The position numbers were made by a program, and so were the translations under genes. The notes under the pieces are model-generated. The model worked only from the letters and a program-made list of their open reading frames with translations. It ran no database searches and was not told the origin of the DNA. This document shows positions 18,963-28,008 of a stretch of DNA of 64,000 nt, piece after piece. The stretch's first letter is position 1, and each line of letters begins with the position of its first letter. The stretch comes from a virus (taxonomy: Duplodnaviria > Caudoviricetes): IMG/VR virus record IMGVR_UViG_3300014204_000184, positions 3,476 through 67,475 of that record; one strand, written 5' to 3'.

Positions 18963-19541
18963 CTACTTGTGCCACATGTAAACGGTTTCCAGCCCGTCCG
19001 CCTGAAGATCGAAGGCCAGATTTTCCACATGGAATCCGTTGATGCCGTCCCCGTTTTCGGAGATCATTGTGGTTAGACGAGCGCCGGGGTTCTGTTGCTT
19101 CATCCTCAACAGCGATTTGAACAGGATTGCATTCGGGTTCAGGATCGTCATCCCCGGGACCAAAGGAACCGCGTCCGGACGGACGTAACCGTTCGCATCC
19201 AGGAGAAGCGGGTTGTACCGGATCGGCATATCGTCGTCATCAAAGAATCTGAGGACTGCCGAGTTCAGCATCGCGCCTCCTGTAACGATGTAATAGAGGG
19301 GCTGGGCGTGGATGACCGTATCCGCGGAAATGGAAACCGCCGACGCCCGGGGTTGCCCGTACCGATCGGTAAGGGCGTTGTACAACAGGACATCGTTGGG
19401 CGCCGCGATCTGGAAGTTATCCACGAACAGCAGATCGAGCGTCAGAGGCGGGACCACAATGTTCGTGTCGTAATAGGTCCCGTCGTTCTTCTGCAACGAG
19501 ACCGGAACAACCGCGCCGTTTCCTGCCAGAAAATCCGTCAT
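18963..19541 (-). CDS. Hypothetical protein (192 aa)
   Basis: ORF with SD in the late operon. Confidence 0.65.
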   Translation of the reverse strand: MTDFLAGNGAVVPVSLQKNDGTYYDTNIVVPPLTLDLLFVDNFQIAAPNDVLLYNALTDRYGQPRASAVSISADTVIHAQPLYYIVTGGAMLNSAVLRFFDDDDMPIRYNPLLLDANGYVRPDAVPLVPGMTILNPNAILFKSLLRMKQQNPGARLTTMISENGDGINGFHVENLAFDLQADGLETVYMWHK

Positions 19542-19558
19542 CTCTTTTTCTCCTTTCG

Positions 19559-20008
19559 TTATGGAGCCATGAGCTCCGGGGGTTCGCTACTCGGGCGGCA
19601 GGATCCTTGACCATACGTCAAAACCGCCCACCTCCAGTAATCCGCTCGCCACTCCCACATGCCGTCTTCCGAACACACGTCATGCAGGACGTTGTCGCCG
19701 TACTCCTTGTAACCGGCATCGATCAAACCCAGCCTGATCAACTGGTATATGATGTCATGGATCAGACTGCCGACCATGGAGTTTTTGGTGTCCCAGGTTG
19801 GCCCCGAGGCACCGTTCCACGCGTAACTGACAAGGACAGTGGTGACCCCGTCCATGTCCATTTTGAGAAAGGGCAAGTCGATCGGTGCCTTCGGGACGAT
19901 GGCCAGTTTGAAGTGATAGACCCGGTTGGTCCGATACTTCCACCCCTCCGTGTAGTAGAGGACGGGGTCACGATCTACATGCGCCACACGAAGAGCAACC
20001 GCTTCCAT
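19559..20008 (-). CDS. DUF1353-like protein
   Basis: YAWNGASGP...SLIHDIIYQL...ADYWRWAV pattern. Confidence 0.6.
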   Translation of the reverse strand: MEAVALRVAHVDRDPVLYYTEGWKYRTNRVYHFKLAIVPKAPIDLPFLKMDMDGVTTVLVSYAWNGASGPTWDTKNSMVGSLIHDIIYQLIRLGLIDAGYKEYGDNVLHDVCSEDGMWEWRADYWRWAVLTYGQGSCRPSSEPPELMAP

Positions 20009-20011
20009 TTC

Positions 20012-20392
20012 CTACCCCACCGATCCGGCCAGCAAGATCAGGCGATCGATCTTTGCGATAATGCCAGCCTTGTATGAATCCAGAAGGGGAAGGTAGGTCT
20101 CGAAGACCGGCTTATCCGTATCCAGATACCCTTGCAAGATGACCCCGACATACGCGTACTGGCCGCCAAACTGCTTGCTGATCTGCGCGATCAGATCATC
20201 ATAGGTAACTTTCCCGCTCACGAATGTCTTTGTGGCTTCGAGAGCGGCGATGACCGGCGCCTTGTAAGTCGGATTGTTCTGCAATACCAGGACAAACGCC
20301 ACATCCGTGGCCACGTTCACCGGAACGCTCGCATTCGTTCCCGCGCACCCCATCAACATCATCAGCAAAAGACTCAAGACGACTTTCTTCAT
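20012..20392 (-). CDS. Lipoprotein (spanin/lysis accessory candidate)
   Basis: MKKVVLSLLLMMLMGC signal peptide with lipobox. Lies in the lysis-like cluster. Confidence 0.7.
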   Translation of the reverse strand: MKKVVLSLLLMMLMGCAGTNASVPVNVATDVAFVLVLQNNPTYKAPVIAALEATKTFVSGKVTYDDLIAQISKQFGGQYAYVGVILQGYLDTDKPVFETYLPLLDSYKAGIIAKIDRLILLAGSVG

Positions 20393-20394
20393 GG

Positions 20395-20802
20395 TTACTG
20401 CCTCCTTTTCAAACCTGCCCAATCCTCGATGATCAGATTGAACTGCTGATCACCACCCATGCCCTTCATGAATTGTTCAAAGGCAACCCCGGACGAAAGC
20501 ACCGCCCGTTTCCCCTTCAGATATCCCACCGACTCCCCCAGGCCGATGCAGCCCTTACTTTCATCCTCCAGGTTCATGACATGGAAGAGGAGCGCGGTGT
20601 GCCCCTGCACGACGATCTCGAAGGTGTCGGGGAACTTCTCACTATGGTAGCGCCGGCAGAGATAATTCCCCACCGGGATGCTGAAGTGCACATCGGTAGG
20701 ATCCGGCTGCATGGTGAAACAGTCGATGATACCGTCGATCATCAGGACTCCGATGAGTCCGGACGCCGTTGTTTCCATCCGCAGAATATTTACTTTTTTC
20801 AT
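20395..20802 (-). CDS. DUF5675-family protein (candidate cell-wall peptidase/endolysin)
   Basis: G.L.IDG..DCFTMQP...IPVGNY...LLFHVMN..DESKGCIGLG pattern. Confidence 0.65.
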   Translation of the reverse strand: MKKVNILRMETTASGLIGVLMIDGIIDCFTMQPDPTDVHFSIPVGNYLCRRYHSEKFPDTFEIVVQGHTALLFHVMNLEDESKGCIGLGESVGYLKGKRAVLSSGVAFEQFMKGMGGDQQFNLIIEDWAGLKRRQ

Positions 20803-20806
20803 CTCC

Positions 20807-21304
20807 TCACCCCAATCCGAAGAATTTCATAACGCTGGCCGGACCTTCTTTGTAGATGGTCCAACGGGATACCCCCCAAACAAACGTATAGGCGGTCCCG
20901 ATGATGACGGCCGTCACGACAATGAACGAGGCCTTGTGCTTGAACTCGTTCCACCCCGGCCGGAGGAAACCCCACAGACCACTGCGATCTTCCTCTTCCC
21001 GTTCTCCCTTTCGTTGATCCACGATGCCGAGAATGTTCTTGATCTGGCCCCCCATCTCTTGCATCTCCAGCCGCATTCCATTCTCGATCTTCCGATTGAT
21101 CTCAGTTACGCATTTATCGATCCGAGCCACGGCCCGGTCGCGCTGTTCGGCCCGAACTGTGTTCTGATCAATCGAGGTGTGTATTCCATCCAGTTTGTCG
21201 AAGATCCCCGAGAGCTGCCGGGCGTGCTCCTTATCGATGGTCTCGGCGCGAGCGGTTGCAGCTATCAATTTTTCCCGGCATACCTGATCTGGACATTCTC
21301 CCAT
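20807..21304 (-). CDS. Coiled-coil protein with C-terminal TM helix (holin-like)
   Basis: SD GAGGAGG before ATG 21304. TM segment FIVVTAVIIGTAYTFVWG. Confidence 0.6.
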   Translation of the reverse strand: MGECPDQVCREKLIAATARAETIDKEHARQLSGIFDKLDGIHTSIDQNTVRAEQRDRAVARIDKCVTEINRKIENGMRLEMQEMGGQIKNILGIVDQRKGEREEEDRSGLWGFLRPGWNEFKHKASFIVVTAVIIGTAYTFVWGVSRWTIYKEGPASVMKFFGLG

Positions 21305-21315
21305 TTTATTCCTCC

Positions 21316-21609
21316 TCAGACCGCCTTCCATGATCCCCCCACCATCACTTTCATGGCCGCGATCGTCTTCCATGCACCGCTCACCATGACCTGCCCCGCC
21401 GCTACCTGGATGAAACTCCCCGCCACCTTAACTCGGGCATTGAAGCCGGCGGCCACTCCCTCATCTGCCAGGCTTACAAAAGGTCCACCCTGGAACCCCC
21501 AATCCATCCCCAAAAACGAAAGGCCCGTCTGTGCCCCGATCTCACAATATGGCGCACCCCCACATCCAACATCGAGCGCCATCAGCTTATCTCTGGTTTC
21601 GAGACCCAT
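21316..21609 (-). CDS. Small tail-fibre-associated protein (97 aa)
   Basis: KVAGS/VMVSGAWK/VMVGGSWK repeats typical of fibre tips. Confidence 0.65.
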   Translation of the reverse strand: MGLETRDKLMALDVGCGGAPYCEIGAQTGLSFLGMDWGFQGGPFVSLADEGVAAGFNARVKVAGSFIQVAAGQVMVSGAWKTIAAMKVMVGGSWKAV

Positions 21610-21612
21610 CCC

Positions 21613-24600
21613 CTAAACCTCAACCTGCTTCCATAACTCTATTTCTACTATGGTCATAATTCCGTACGGATAAGTGGCGTCTTCCGCGATCGTCCATCGG
21701 TAGTATCGATACGAAACTGTGTTGGCGATATCTCTAGTGACAGAGTTTGAGGTATTTCCGGACACGCTGTCCAATTGTGTCCAACTGGCGTCGTCATCCG
21801 ACCCTTCCAAAATCCATTCTCTTGGGTACTGAGTAGGGCTGCCCCGCACTACGTACCTTGTCAGCGGCCCTTGAGATGAGCCCAAATCGATTTTAATCCA
21901 TTCATCTTGGGTGGTTATATATGCCGGATACCATTGTGTGGTAGCTCCATCGAAAGCTATCCACGGTTGCCCCGAATCGAAAGCCCACGGTTGCCCCGGC
22001 AGGAAATGTGTGCTGCTGGACGTCACTGCGGCAGGACTCGGGGTCGTGGGCCCGGTCATAACCGGCGTGAAATTGGACCACGTCAAGCCCGACGTATCTG
22101 TCCCAAGGTCATCGATGTAAGCGGTCTGAGCGGCCGCCGTCAGGGAGTACAGTTCAACCTCGATCTGCACCACCCCGCTCTGCGTTGGGGTGAAACTGAA
22201 CGACACCTGTTGCCAGGTATCAATGGCCGCGGTGCAGGTAGCCCGAATGTCATAGGGGATCCCGGTGAGCTGAGCGGCCTTGCAAAAGAGGGATATGATG
22301 GCGTTGGTGTCGGGGCGCCTGAGATACGCAGACACAACAACTTCCAGGTTTGCTTGACATGCGATATTCGCAACGGGGAAGCGAAGTGGATCGGTGCTCA
22401 ACGCACTGGCGGTCGAATCCAATTGCCACGCGATCCCACTGGCGGTGTTTCGTACCGTCGCCTGGGACATGAGCGTTCCCAGCTTTGTGTATGTCCGGTG
22501 ATCGTTCACATCGTTTCCGAAATTTGTCATCACGACCTTCGGCCTATAAGAGGTCCCGGGGATTGACACCTTGAGACTTTCGGCGATCGAGAAGTTGTGG
22601 AGGTGGAGGACTCCGGATACGTTGGCATCCAGACGGATGGCGGCGGTCGCATTGACGGTAACGTCGCCGCTGCTGCCCGACATGATCCAATTATCATCGG
22701 CGCCAGCACCGCCCCAATAAACCGCGTAACTATTCCCATTCAGCGAAGGCGCGGCCAGAATCCTGCTGGCAACGGCCGTAAGGAAATAAATGCCATCCGA
22801 GGTGTTGTAGGATGAATCAGAAATCTCTGAAACAATTGCCGTTCCCCAAGAAATAAGAAGGCCTTCTGCATTGTGGTTGGTTTGTCCAATAACAGCTATT
22901 TCAAAAGTGCTTCTTGCGGAAAATGTAATATACACTCCGCTGGAGTTGTTTCCACTTGCCTTTCTAATCAACGTCGCAGATCCTTGTCCATCGAAGTAGA
23001 CTCCATGGCTTCCGTTCCCGCACGCGTTCCCAATATGGCTCACGTTAATTGAGGTTCCTGTTAAGTTGACACCCGGCGACCCACTCCCATTGGCGTTTCT
23101 GATCGACAGAAGCAGCCCCGCTACTCCGGTAACTAGAAAGCCAGTATTTGAGCAATTTGCAATATCTGACATATCTACAATGATTTCCGAACAGCTAGTG
23201 GACAGGAAACCATTGTAGTAGTTAACCGCGTTAACTCCTGAAATAGTCCAATAGTTTTTTGAAGCCCAATGAAGTCCGTAACCGAAGCCATTCAATCCAT
23301 CAAAAAACGTTTCTCCGTCGACGCTCCCGCTGGAGATGTTATAGCCGCCGGCAAGAGTGATGACGTGCCCGGATGTTCCAGAATCCTGTGCCGCCTGGAC
23401 GGCCGCGGTGCTCCCGGCCGCCATCGCGGTTTTGATGGTTTCCCTCTTGTACAGGTTGACGCTTTCTGCCACTCCCATATAGGGGCGGTGATAGTAATCG
23501 ACAAACGGGGTCGATTCGCTGCTCAGCGAAGCCAACGAGATGATTCGACCATCGATGCTCATGATCGGGTACCATCCCTCGCTTGCATAATCGGCACCGG
23601 TGTCGTCGTTGGCACTCTTGGCGAGCGTGTTCTTGGAGATCAACGATTGGAGTGTGAGGGAATCCGCGGCTGTCGAATCATTGCAGGCGATGATGTTGTC
23701 GATGTAGAAGGTCTTGGAGGCCATCGCAATATTCGCGTAGAGGGCCACGCCCTGGACGGTTGCCGATAGCGCCGACCCCTTGTCGACGGTCACATTGGCC
23801 CACCGCCCTGTGCTGGTGAAGGCCGGAAGATCAAAACTCTCGACCTCTGCGGTGCAGTCGGTGTCCGAGTAGAGCTTCAGCTTCATGTCTCCGGCGGCCA
23901 GGGCGGTTGTTTGGTTGCGGAAGCAGAACGATACCTGCCGTCGCCCCGAAAGATTCAGGGAGGCCGGCAATCCGAACTTGGCGATGATACCGGCGCCGGC
24001 ATGCCCGGCTGCGGTGACCACCTTGATCGATCGCAGGTACTCGCGCCACACGGTAGCGTCCGTGGCCGCCGATGTCACGTTGGTCCCTGCGGTCCAGTTG
24101 GATTCGCAGTTGCAGATCGTGGTGGTAACCGCGGTCGTCAGAACAACGCACCGATCGGAAACGTTCTGGAAGGATCCACTCGCCCCCCCGACTCCATTTC
24201 CCACCGAGCCCTCGAGCTCGAAGGTGTTCGCGGACGCGTTCGCCACCACCCACATGCCATTGGCGGCCGTATTCGTGGTATGGCCGATGATCTTGACAAC
24301 CTGGCCGTTGGATAGTCCATGACCGTTCTTGCTGATCACGATGGGGGTCGCGTTAGTGGACGCGGAGATGCTGACGGCGGCCGGAAGGGCGGATCCTCTC
24401 GACGTCGCGCCGACCGTCGACCACTTAGCGTTCTGGCTAAGCGAGGTGGGGTCTGGAGACTTGGCCACCCGGATTGTATCACCGGGAGCAATGCGGGCCG
24501 CGGTCGCGCCAGCGGTCAACGTCTTCCAGGCATCCGCCCAGCTCATTCCTCCGAAGGGGACGGCATCCCCGGTGACATCGGCGCCGGTGAACGACGCCCA

Positions 24601-24843
24601 CAGAGCATCAACGAGGTCGAAGGTGTCGTCGTCGTTGCGGGTGATCTTCCAGGCCGAATTCGCGTAGGCCTGGGTGCATCCGGAAACGGTGATGACGGCA
24701 CCCGTTACGAGGCCATGGCCGACCAATGTCCCCATGACCCTGGTGCCGGCGGGGTTTGAAAAGACGATCCCCGAGATGGTCGCCCGGACCGCGTCAGAGC
24801 CGTTGACATAGTCCATGTAGAAAGTTGCGTTCGTGTACGCCAT
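21613..24843 (-). CDS. Tail fibre/spike (1076 aa): two E1-FCCH-like beta domains, lectin-like domains, beta-helix region, C-terminal discoidin (F5/8 type C)-like domain
   Basis: Two GHGLxxG.V.I.G...ANG.W repeats. GN/N-rich beta-helix periodicity. WIKIDLG...WILEGSDD..SWTQLD...YRYYRW. Confidence 0.8.
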   Translation of the reverse strand: MAYTNATFYMDYVNGSDAVRATISGIVFSNPAGTRVMGTLVGHGLVTGAVITVSGCTQAYANSAWKITRNDDDTFDLVDALWASFTGADVTGDAVPFGGMSWADAWKTLTAGATAARIAPGDTIRVAKSPDPTSLSQNAKWSTVGATSRGSALPAAVSISASTNATPIVISKNGHGLSNGQVVKIIGHTTNTAANGMWVVANASANTFELEGSVGNGVGGASGSFQNVSDRCVVLTTAVTTTICNCESNWTAGTNVTSAATDATVWREYLRSIKVVTAAGHAGAGIIAKFGLPASLNLSGRRQVSFCFRNQTTALAAGDMKLKLYSDTDCTAEVESFDLPAFTSTGRWANVTVDKGSALSATVQGVALYANIAMASKTFYIDNIIACNDSTAADSLTLQSLISKNTLAKSANDDTGADYASEGWYPIMSIDGRIISLASLSSESTPFVDYYHRPYMGVAESVNLYKRETIKTAMAAGSTAAVQAAQDSGTSGHVITLAGGYNISSGSVDGETFFDGLNGFGYGLHWASKNYWTISGVNAVNYYNGFLSTSCSEIIVDMSDIANCSNTGFLVTGVAGLLLSIRNANGSGSPGVNLTGTSINVSHIGNACGNGSHGVYFDGQGSATLIRKASGNNSSGVYITFSARSTFEIAVIGQTNHNAEGLLISWGTAIVSEISDSSYNTSDGIYFLTAVASRILAAPSLNGNSYAVYWGGAGADDNWIMSGSSGDVTVNATAAIRLDANVSGVLHLHNFSIAESLKVSIPGTSYRPKVVMTNFGNDVNDHRTYTKLGTLMSQATVRNTASGIAWQLDSTASALSTDPLRFPVANIACQANLEVVVSAYLRRPDTNAIISLFCKAAQLTGIPYDIRATCTAAIDTWQQVSFSFTPTQSGVVQIEVELYSLTAAAQTAYIDDLGTDTSGLTWSNFTPVMTGPTTPSPAAVTSSSTHFLPGQPWAFDSGQPWIAFDGATTQWYPAYITTQDEWIKIDLGSSQGPLTRYVVRGSPTQYPREWILEGSDDDASWTQLDSVSGNTSNSVTRDIANTVSYRYYRWTIAEDATYPYGIMTIVEIELWKQVEV

Positions 24844-24851
24844 CGTTCAAC

Positions 24852-25784
24852 CTATGCCGTGTACTGGAAGTAAATGGATCCGTCTGCGACACCCGCCGTC
24901 CCCATGGTTGCGGCCGTCCCGTAATAGATGTTGACGGCCCGCCCGTCCGTGCCCGTATAGTCACCGGTCACCGTGAGCGACGCGAAGGTCCCGTCGGTAC
25001 CCTGCCCACCCCCCGAGGTACCAGAGGTGCCCGATGTGCCCGTGGACGATGTCCCGGAGGTACCGTCGGTACCGGAAGTGCCCGCAGGCGAACTGGTCCC
25101 GCTGGTCCCCGAAGTTCCAGAAGTGCCAGGCGTCCCGGTTCCCGAGGTCCCCGAAGTCCCCGAGCTGCCATCAGTCCCCGCCGTCCCCACTCCACTGGTC
25201 CCCGAAGTACCCGAACTGGATGTCCCCGAGGTACCGTCGGTGCCCGATGTGCCCGAAGTTCCCTCTCCCGAAGTACCGGAGGTAACCCCGGTCCCCGAAG
25301 TCCCACTGGTACCGCTGGTTCCCGTGGCAGTGCTTGAGGTCCCGGAGGTGCCGGCGGTTGACGAGGTGCCCGAGGTACCGTCGGTGCCCGATGTGCCCGA
25401 TCCCGATGTCCCGCTGGTGCCATCGGTACCAGACGTTCCACTGGTGGAAATGGAGCTGGTGCCCGAAGTTCCAGAAGTGCCAGGCGTCCCGGTTCCCGAT
25501 GTCCCCGAGGTTCCCGCAGTGGAACTCGTTCCGGACGTGCCGGCGGTAGAAGTGGTCCCGGAAGTTCCCGACGTCGAACTGGTGCCAGAGGTTCCAGCGG
25601 TGGAACTCGTCCCGGAGGTCCCGGCCGTCGAACTGGTGCCAGAGGTACCATCGCTCCCGCTGGTCCCGGAAGTGCCGGAGGCGCCGGCCCCGCTCGGCCA
25701 GATCTCGACATCGAACCGGTCTTCCTCTTCGATCTCGACGTTGAGAGCAGAATCACCGATCTGGACGATGAATTCATAATTCAT
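24852..25784 (-). CDS. Gly-Thr-Ser repeat fibre-like protein (310 aa; ~240 aa of GTS/GTA/GTD triplets)
   Basis: Direct translation. The ATG at 25784 is coupled to the upstream stop codon. Confidence 0.85.
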   Translation of the reverse strand: MNYEFIVQIGDSALNVEIEEEDRFDVEIWPSGAGASGTSGTSGSDGTSGTSSTAGTSGTSSTAGTSGTSSTSGTSGTTSTAGTSGTSSTAGTSGTSGTGTPGTSGTSGTSSISTSGTSGTDGTSGTSGSGTSGTDGTSGTSSTAGTSGTSSTATGTSGTSGTSGTGVTSGTSGEGTSGTSGTDGTSGTSSSGTSGTSGVGTAGTDGSSGTSGTSGTGTPGTSGTSGTSGTSSPAGTSGTDGTSGTSSTGTSGTSGTSGGGQGTDGTFASLTVTGDYTGTDGRAVNIYYGTAATMGTAGVADGSIYFQYTA

Positions 25785-25785
25785 C

Positions 25786-26157
25786 TCACGCCCCCGTTCC
25801 GGCCGTTCCGTAGACCCTCGTCGCATCCCACTCGATGCTCATGGTTCCCTTGGCGATCGTGTAGACATTGTTGAGGTTGGTCAGTGCCTGGATGTCGTAG
25901 AAGTAGTCGCCGGGTTCAATGTTGAAGGTATCGGTGGGAACGATGCCGATGGTCGTTTTCCCATTGGTGGGATCAATGTGCGAGGTCACGACCTTCTGAA
26001 GGACTGCCGCGGAATCGAGATCGGTGATGTTGGACTTGATCGTCAGATAAAAGGTCCAGCCGGTGATGTCACGGACGGAACCATCCGATTTGTTCGTCAA
26101 CGTCAGGCCGAAGGTATGGCTATCTCCGCGGGTCAGGGTAAGATTGATGTTGCCCAT
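25786..26157 (-). CDS. BppU-like baseplate/fibre-anchoring Ig-fold protein (123 aa) ending in ...VYGTAGTGA
   Basis: RGDS.TF.LTL...DITGWT..LTIK...G...I...DT..IEPG.Y.YDIQ pattern. Confidence 0.7.
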   Translation of the reverse strand: MGNINLTLTRGDSHTFGLTLTNKSDGSVRDITGWTFYLTIKSNITDLDSAAVLQKVVTSHIDPTNGKTTIGIVPTDTFNIEPGDYFYDIQALTNLNNVYTIAKGTMSIEWDATRVYGTAGTGA

Positions 26158-26213
26158 GATCGACTCCTATGTCGACAGGGCCATCCCGACAGTGCCGGGA
26201 CAGCCCCACCGTT

Positions 26214-26453
26214 CTACGTGCCGGACGTGCCCGACGTTCCACTGGTCCCTTCTCCTGTCGTCCCCGAGCTGCCACTGGTGCCGGCGGTGCCGGAGGTGGC
26301 CGTGGTCCCGGAGGTGCCCGAGGTACTGCCGGTGCCTGATGTCGCGGTCGTTCCCGACGTGCCGGCGGTGCCGGAGTCTCCCGATGTCGAAGCCGCCTCA
26401 GCCGCCGCGGCTTCAGCCTCTTCTTCAAACTTTCTCATTCGTTTGATCGCCAT
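26214..26453 (-). CDS. Small GTS-repeat protein (79 aa, MAIKRMRKFEEEA...)
   Basis: SD GGGAGG before ATG 26453. C-terminal part of track ORF 26214..26852. Confidence 0.75.
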   Translation of the reverse strand: MAIKRMRKFEEEAEAAAAEAASTSGDSGTAGTSGTTATSGTGSTSGTSGTTATSGTAGTSGSSGTTGEGTSGTSGTSGT

Positions 26454-26467
26454 GGGTTCATCCTCCC

Positions 26468-26716
26468 TTACGCCGGGGTAGTCCCGGAGGTTCCGCTGGT
26501 GCCGGAGGTGCCGCCGGAAGTACCGCTGGTGCCGTCGGCCCCGCTGGTCCCCGAAGTGGTGGCGCCGGTCGTCCCACTCGTGCCTGCGGTTGCGCTGGTC
26601 CCGGAGGTGGTCGCACCGGTCGTCCCACTGGTCCCATTGCTGCCGGATGTTCCCGAGGACCAATGCAGACCTGCGATCACGTCTTCTTCGAACTGCTGAA
26701 GTCTCTTGATTGCCAT
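26468..26716 (-). CDS. Small GTS-repeat protein (82 aa, MAIKRLQQFEEDV...), paralogue of 26214-26453
   Basis: Shared MAIKR..xFEE N-terminus plus GTSG/ATTSG repeats. Confidence 0.75.
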   Translation of the reverse strand: MAIKRLQQFEEDVIAGLHWSSGTSGSNGTSGTTGATTSGTSATAGTSGTTGATTSGTSGADGTSGTSGGTSGTSGTSGTTPA

Positions 26717-26727
26717 CGCCTTCTCCT

Positions 26728-27438
26728 TTAAGACGCGAACGGACGGAAGCGGAAGGAAGCTCCCCGGGCGATCTGACGTCTGGTCTGCTGATCTCTCCAG
26801 GACACCGGAGGGCCGAAATAGGTCTCAAATTGGCCCTCATGGTATTTGGCAAGTTCGAGGTTCAGCGTATCCGAATCCGGGTTCTCGTAGGCGATCTTCT
26901 GAGCCCAATGTAGCATGTGCTCGGAATAGAACTCGGGTTCCGTCAGTAAGGTAAAATCGGCCAGGGGAAGCCGCTTGACCACCAGCCGCGCCGTCGTTGC
27001 GAAAGTTGGTTTGTAAACGATCAGAAGCTCGTTTGCGATTTCCGTGAGAAATGCCCACGGTGTCCCCTCCATGTTCTCCCAATCCGCAATCGTCTTGTCT
27101 AACTCATCGCGGGTTTTCTGCTGGAGGGGAACGGAAAAGCCGGCGGTGCCCGCGGCGATCGCGGCGGCATCCGACGGCAACTTGACTCTCATGACCTGGA
27201 GAACCAAAGGGCTGAGCGTGTATGCGCCGACGCCCGTGGTCAATCCGACCGAACAGATACCCCGGGTTGACGCGTCGACGGTCGTAGTCGAATCGGAAAT
27301 GGCCAGGGTTCTCCGGACCGCTTCCCGCTCCGCTTCATTGGCCGCCGCCAGAAGAAAAGAGGGTGACCAAAGATAGGGTTCAGCCTTGTCCCCCAGCTTC
27401 TCCCGCAGGGACCGTACTATTTCCTTTCCCGTTGGCAT
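26728..27438 (-). CDS. Head-tail adaptor/connector-like protein (236 aa)
   Basis: ...YLWS..FL...ANEAERE pattern and position after the MCP cluster. Confidence 0.65.
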   Translation of the reverse strand: MPTGKEIVRSLREKLGDKAEPYLWSPSFLLAAANEAEREAVRRTLAISDSTTTVDASTRGICSVGLTTGVGAYTLSPLVLQVMRVKLPSDAAAIAAGTAGFSVPLQQKTRDELDKTIADWENMEGTPWAFLTEIANELLIVYKPTFATTARLVVKRLPLADFTLLTEPEFYSEHMLHWAQKIAYENPDSDTLNLELAKYHEGQFETYFGPPVSWRDQQTRRQIARGASFRFRPFAS

Positions 27439-27910
27439 CGACAGTCTCCTTCTTCCTCTGGTGCGCTCTCATGTGGCTGAGGTAGGCCAGCTTGCTGTCA
27501 AAAGGCCTCTCACAGATCTCGCACTGGAAAGCCCCGATCACGTCGGCCGGGACCTGATTGACGTTTTCCTTCACGACGGTGAAGTTGAAGCGCGGAAGAT
27601 GTCTGACCGTCTCAACGCCGGTTTCGGTGTCTTTCTCTACGATCGTAACGATCCGCGTCCGGAGCATCTTGATCACCGGACGGGGAACGTCCACCTCCTT
27701 GTTGTACTGGACGAGGAACGGGAATCCGTTCAGGCCGATGAACTGGCCTTCCTTGTACGACTCCCTGGTCTCGTGGAGGATGATCCGATCGCGGATATGG
27801 CCGCGGGGGTGAGTGAAGAATCCCTCGGCATCCGTTCCGTCTTCCTTCTTCGGCGTCGCCGAGGTGAGCGCGTCGGTATTCTGCCGTCTTTCTTTATCGT
27901 ACTTCGCCAT
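27380..27910 (-). CDS. Capsid-cluster conserved protein with appended C2H2 zinc finger
   Basis: FIGLNG..FLV...EVDVP motif. CEICERPFDSKLAYLSHMRAH fits C-x2-C-x12-H-x3-H. Confidence 0.7.
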   Translation of the reverse strand: MAKYDKERRQNTDALTSATPKKEDGTDAEGFFTHPRGHIRDRIILHETRESYKEGQFIGLNGFPFLVQYNKEVDVPRPVIKMLRTRIVTIVEKDTETGVETVRHLPRFNFTVVKENVNQVPADVIGAFQCEICERPFDSKLAYLSHMRAHQRKKETVDANGKGNSTVPAGEAGGQG

Positions 27911-28008
27911 CGTTACCCTCCTGCTCCTTTTCAAAGTGGACGCGGTTGGGGAAAGCCATCGCCGGAGCAGTTAAGCTGTTCTCTCCCCGCCCGCGCCACA
28001 AGGTCAAA

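Noticed and set aside
21613-24843. Diversity-generating retroelement targeting the tail fibre tip
   Set aside because: No reverse transcriptase and no near-identical template/variable repeat pair seen in the window.
24973-25779. Plus-strand VPEVP/VPLVP repeat ORF (and similar at 26499)
   Set aside because: Antisense image of the GTS repeats, with no RBS and against the operon direction.
24960-26700. Possible CRISPR or tandem DNA repeat array
   Set aside because: The repeats are 9-nt codon-level degeneracy of a G-T-S peptide with varied third positions. There is no repeat-spacer structure.
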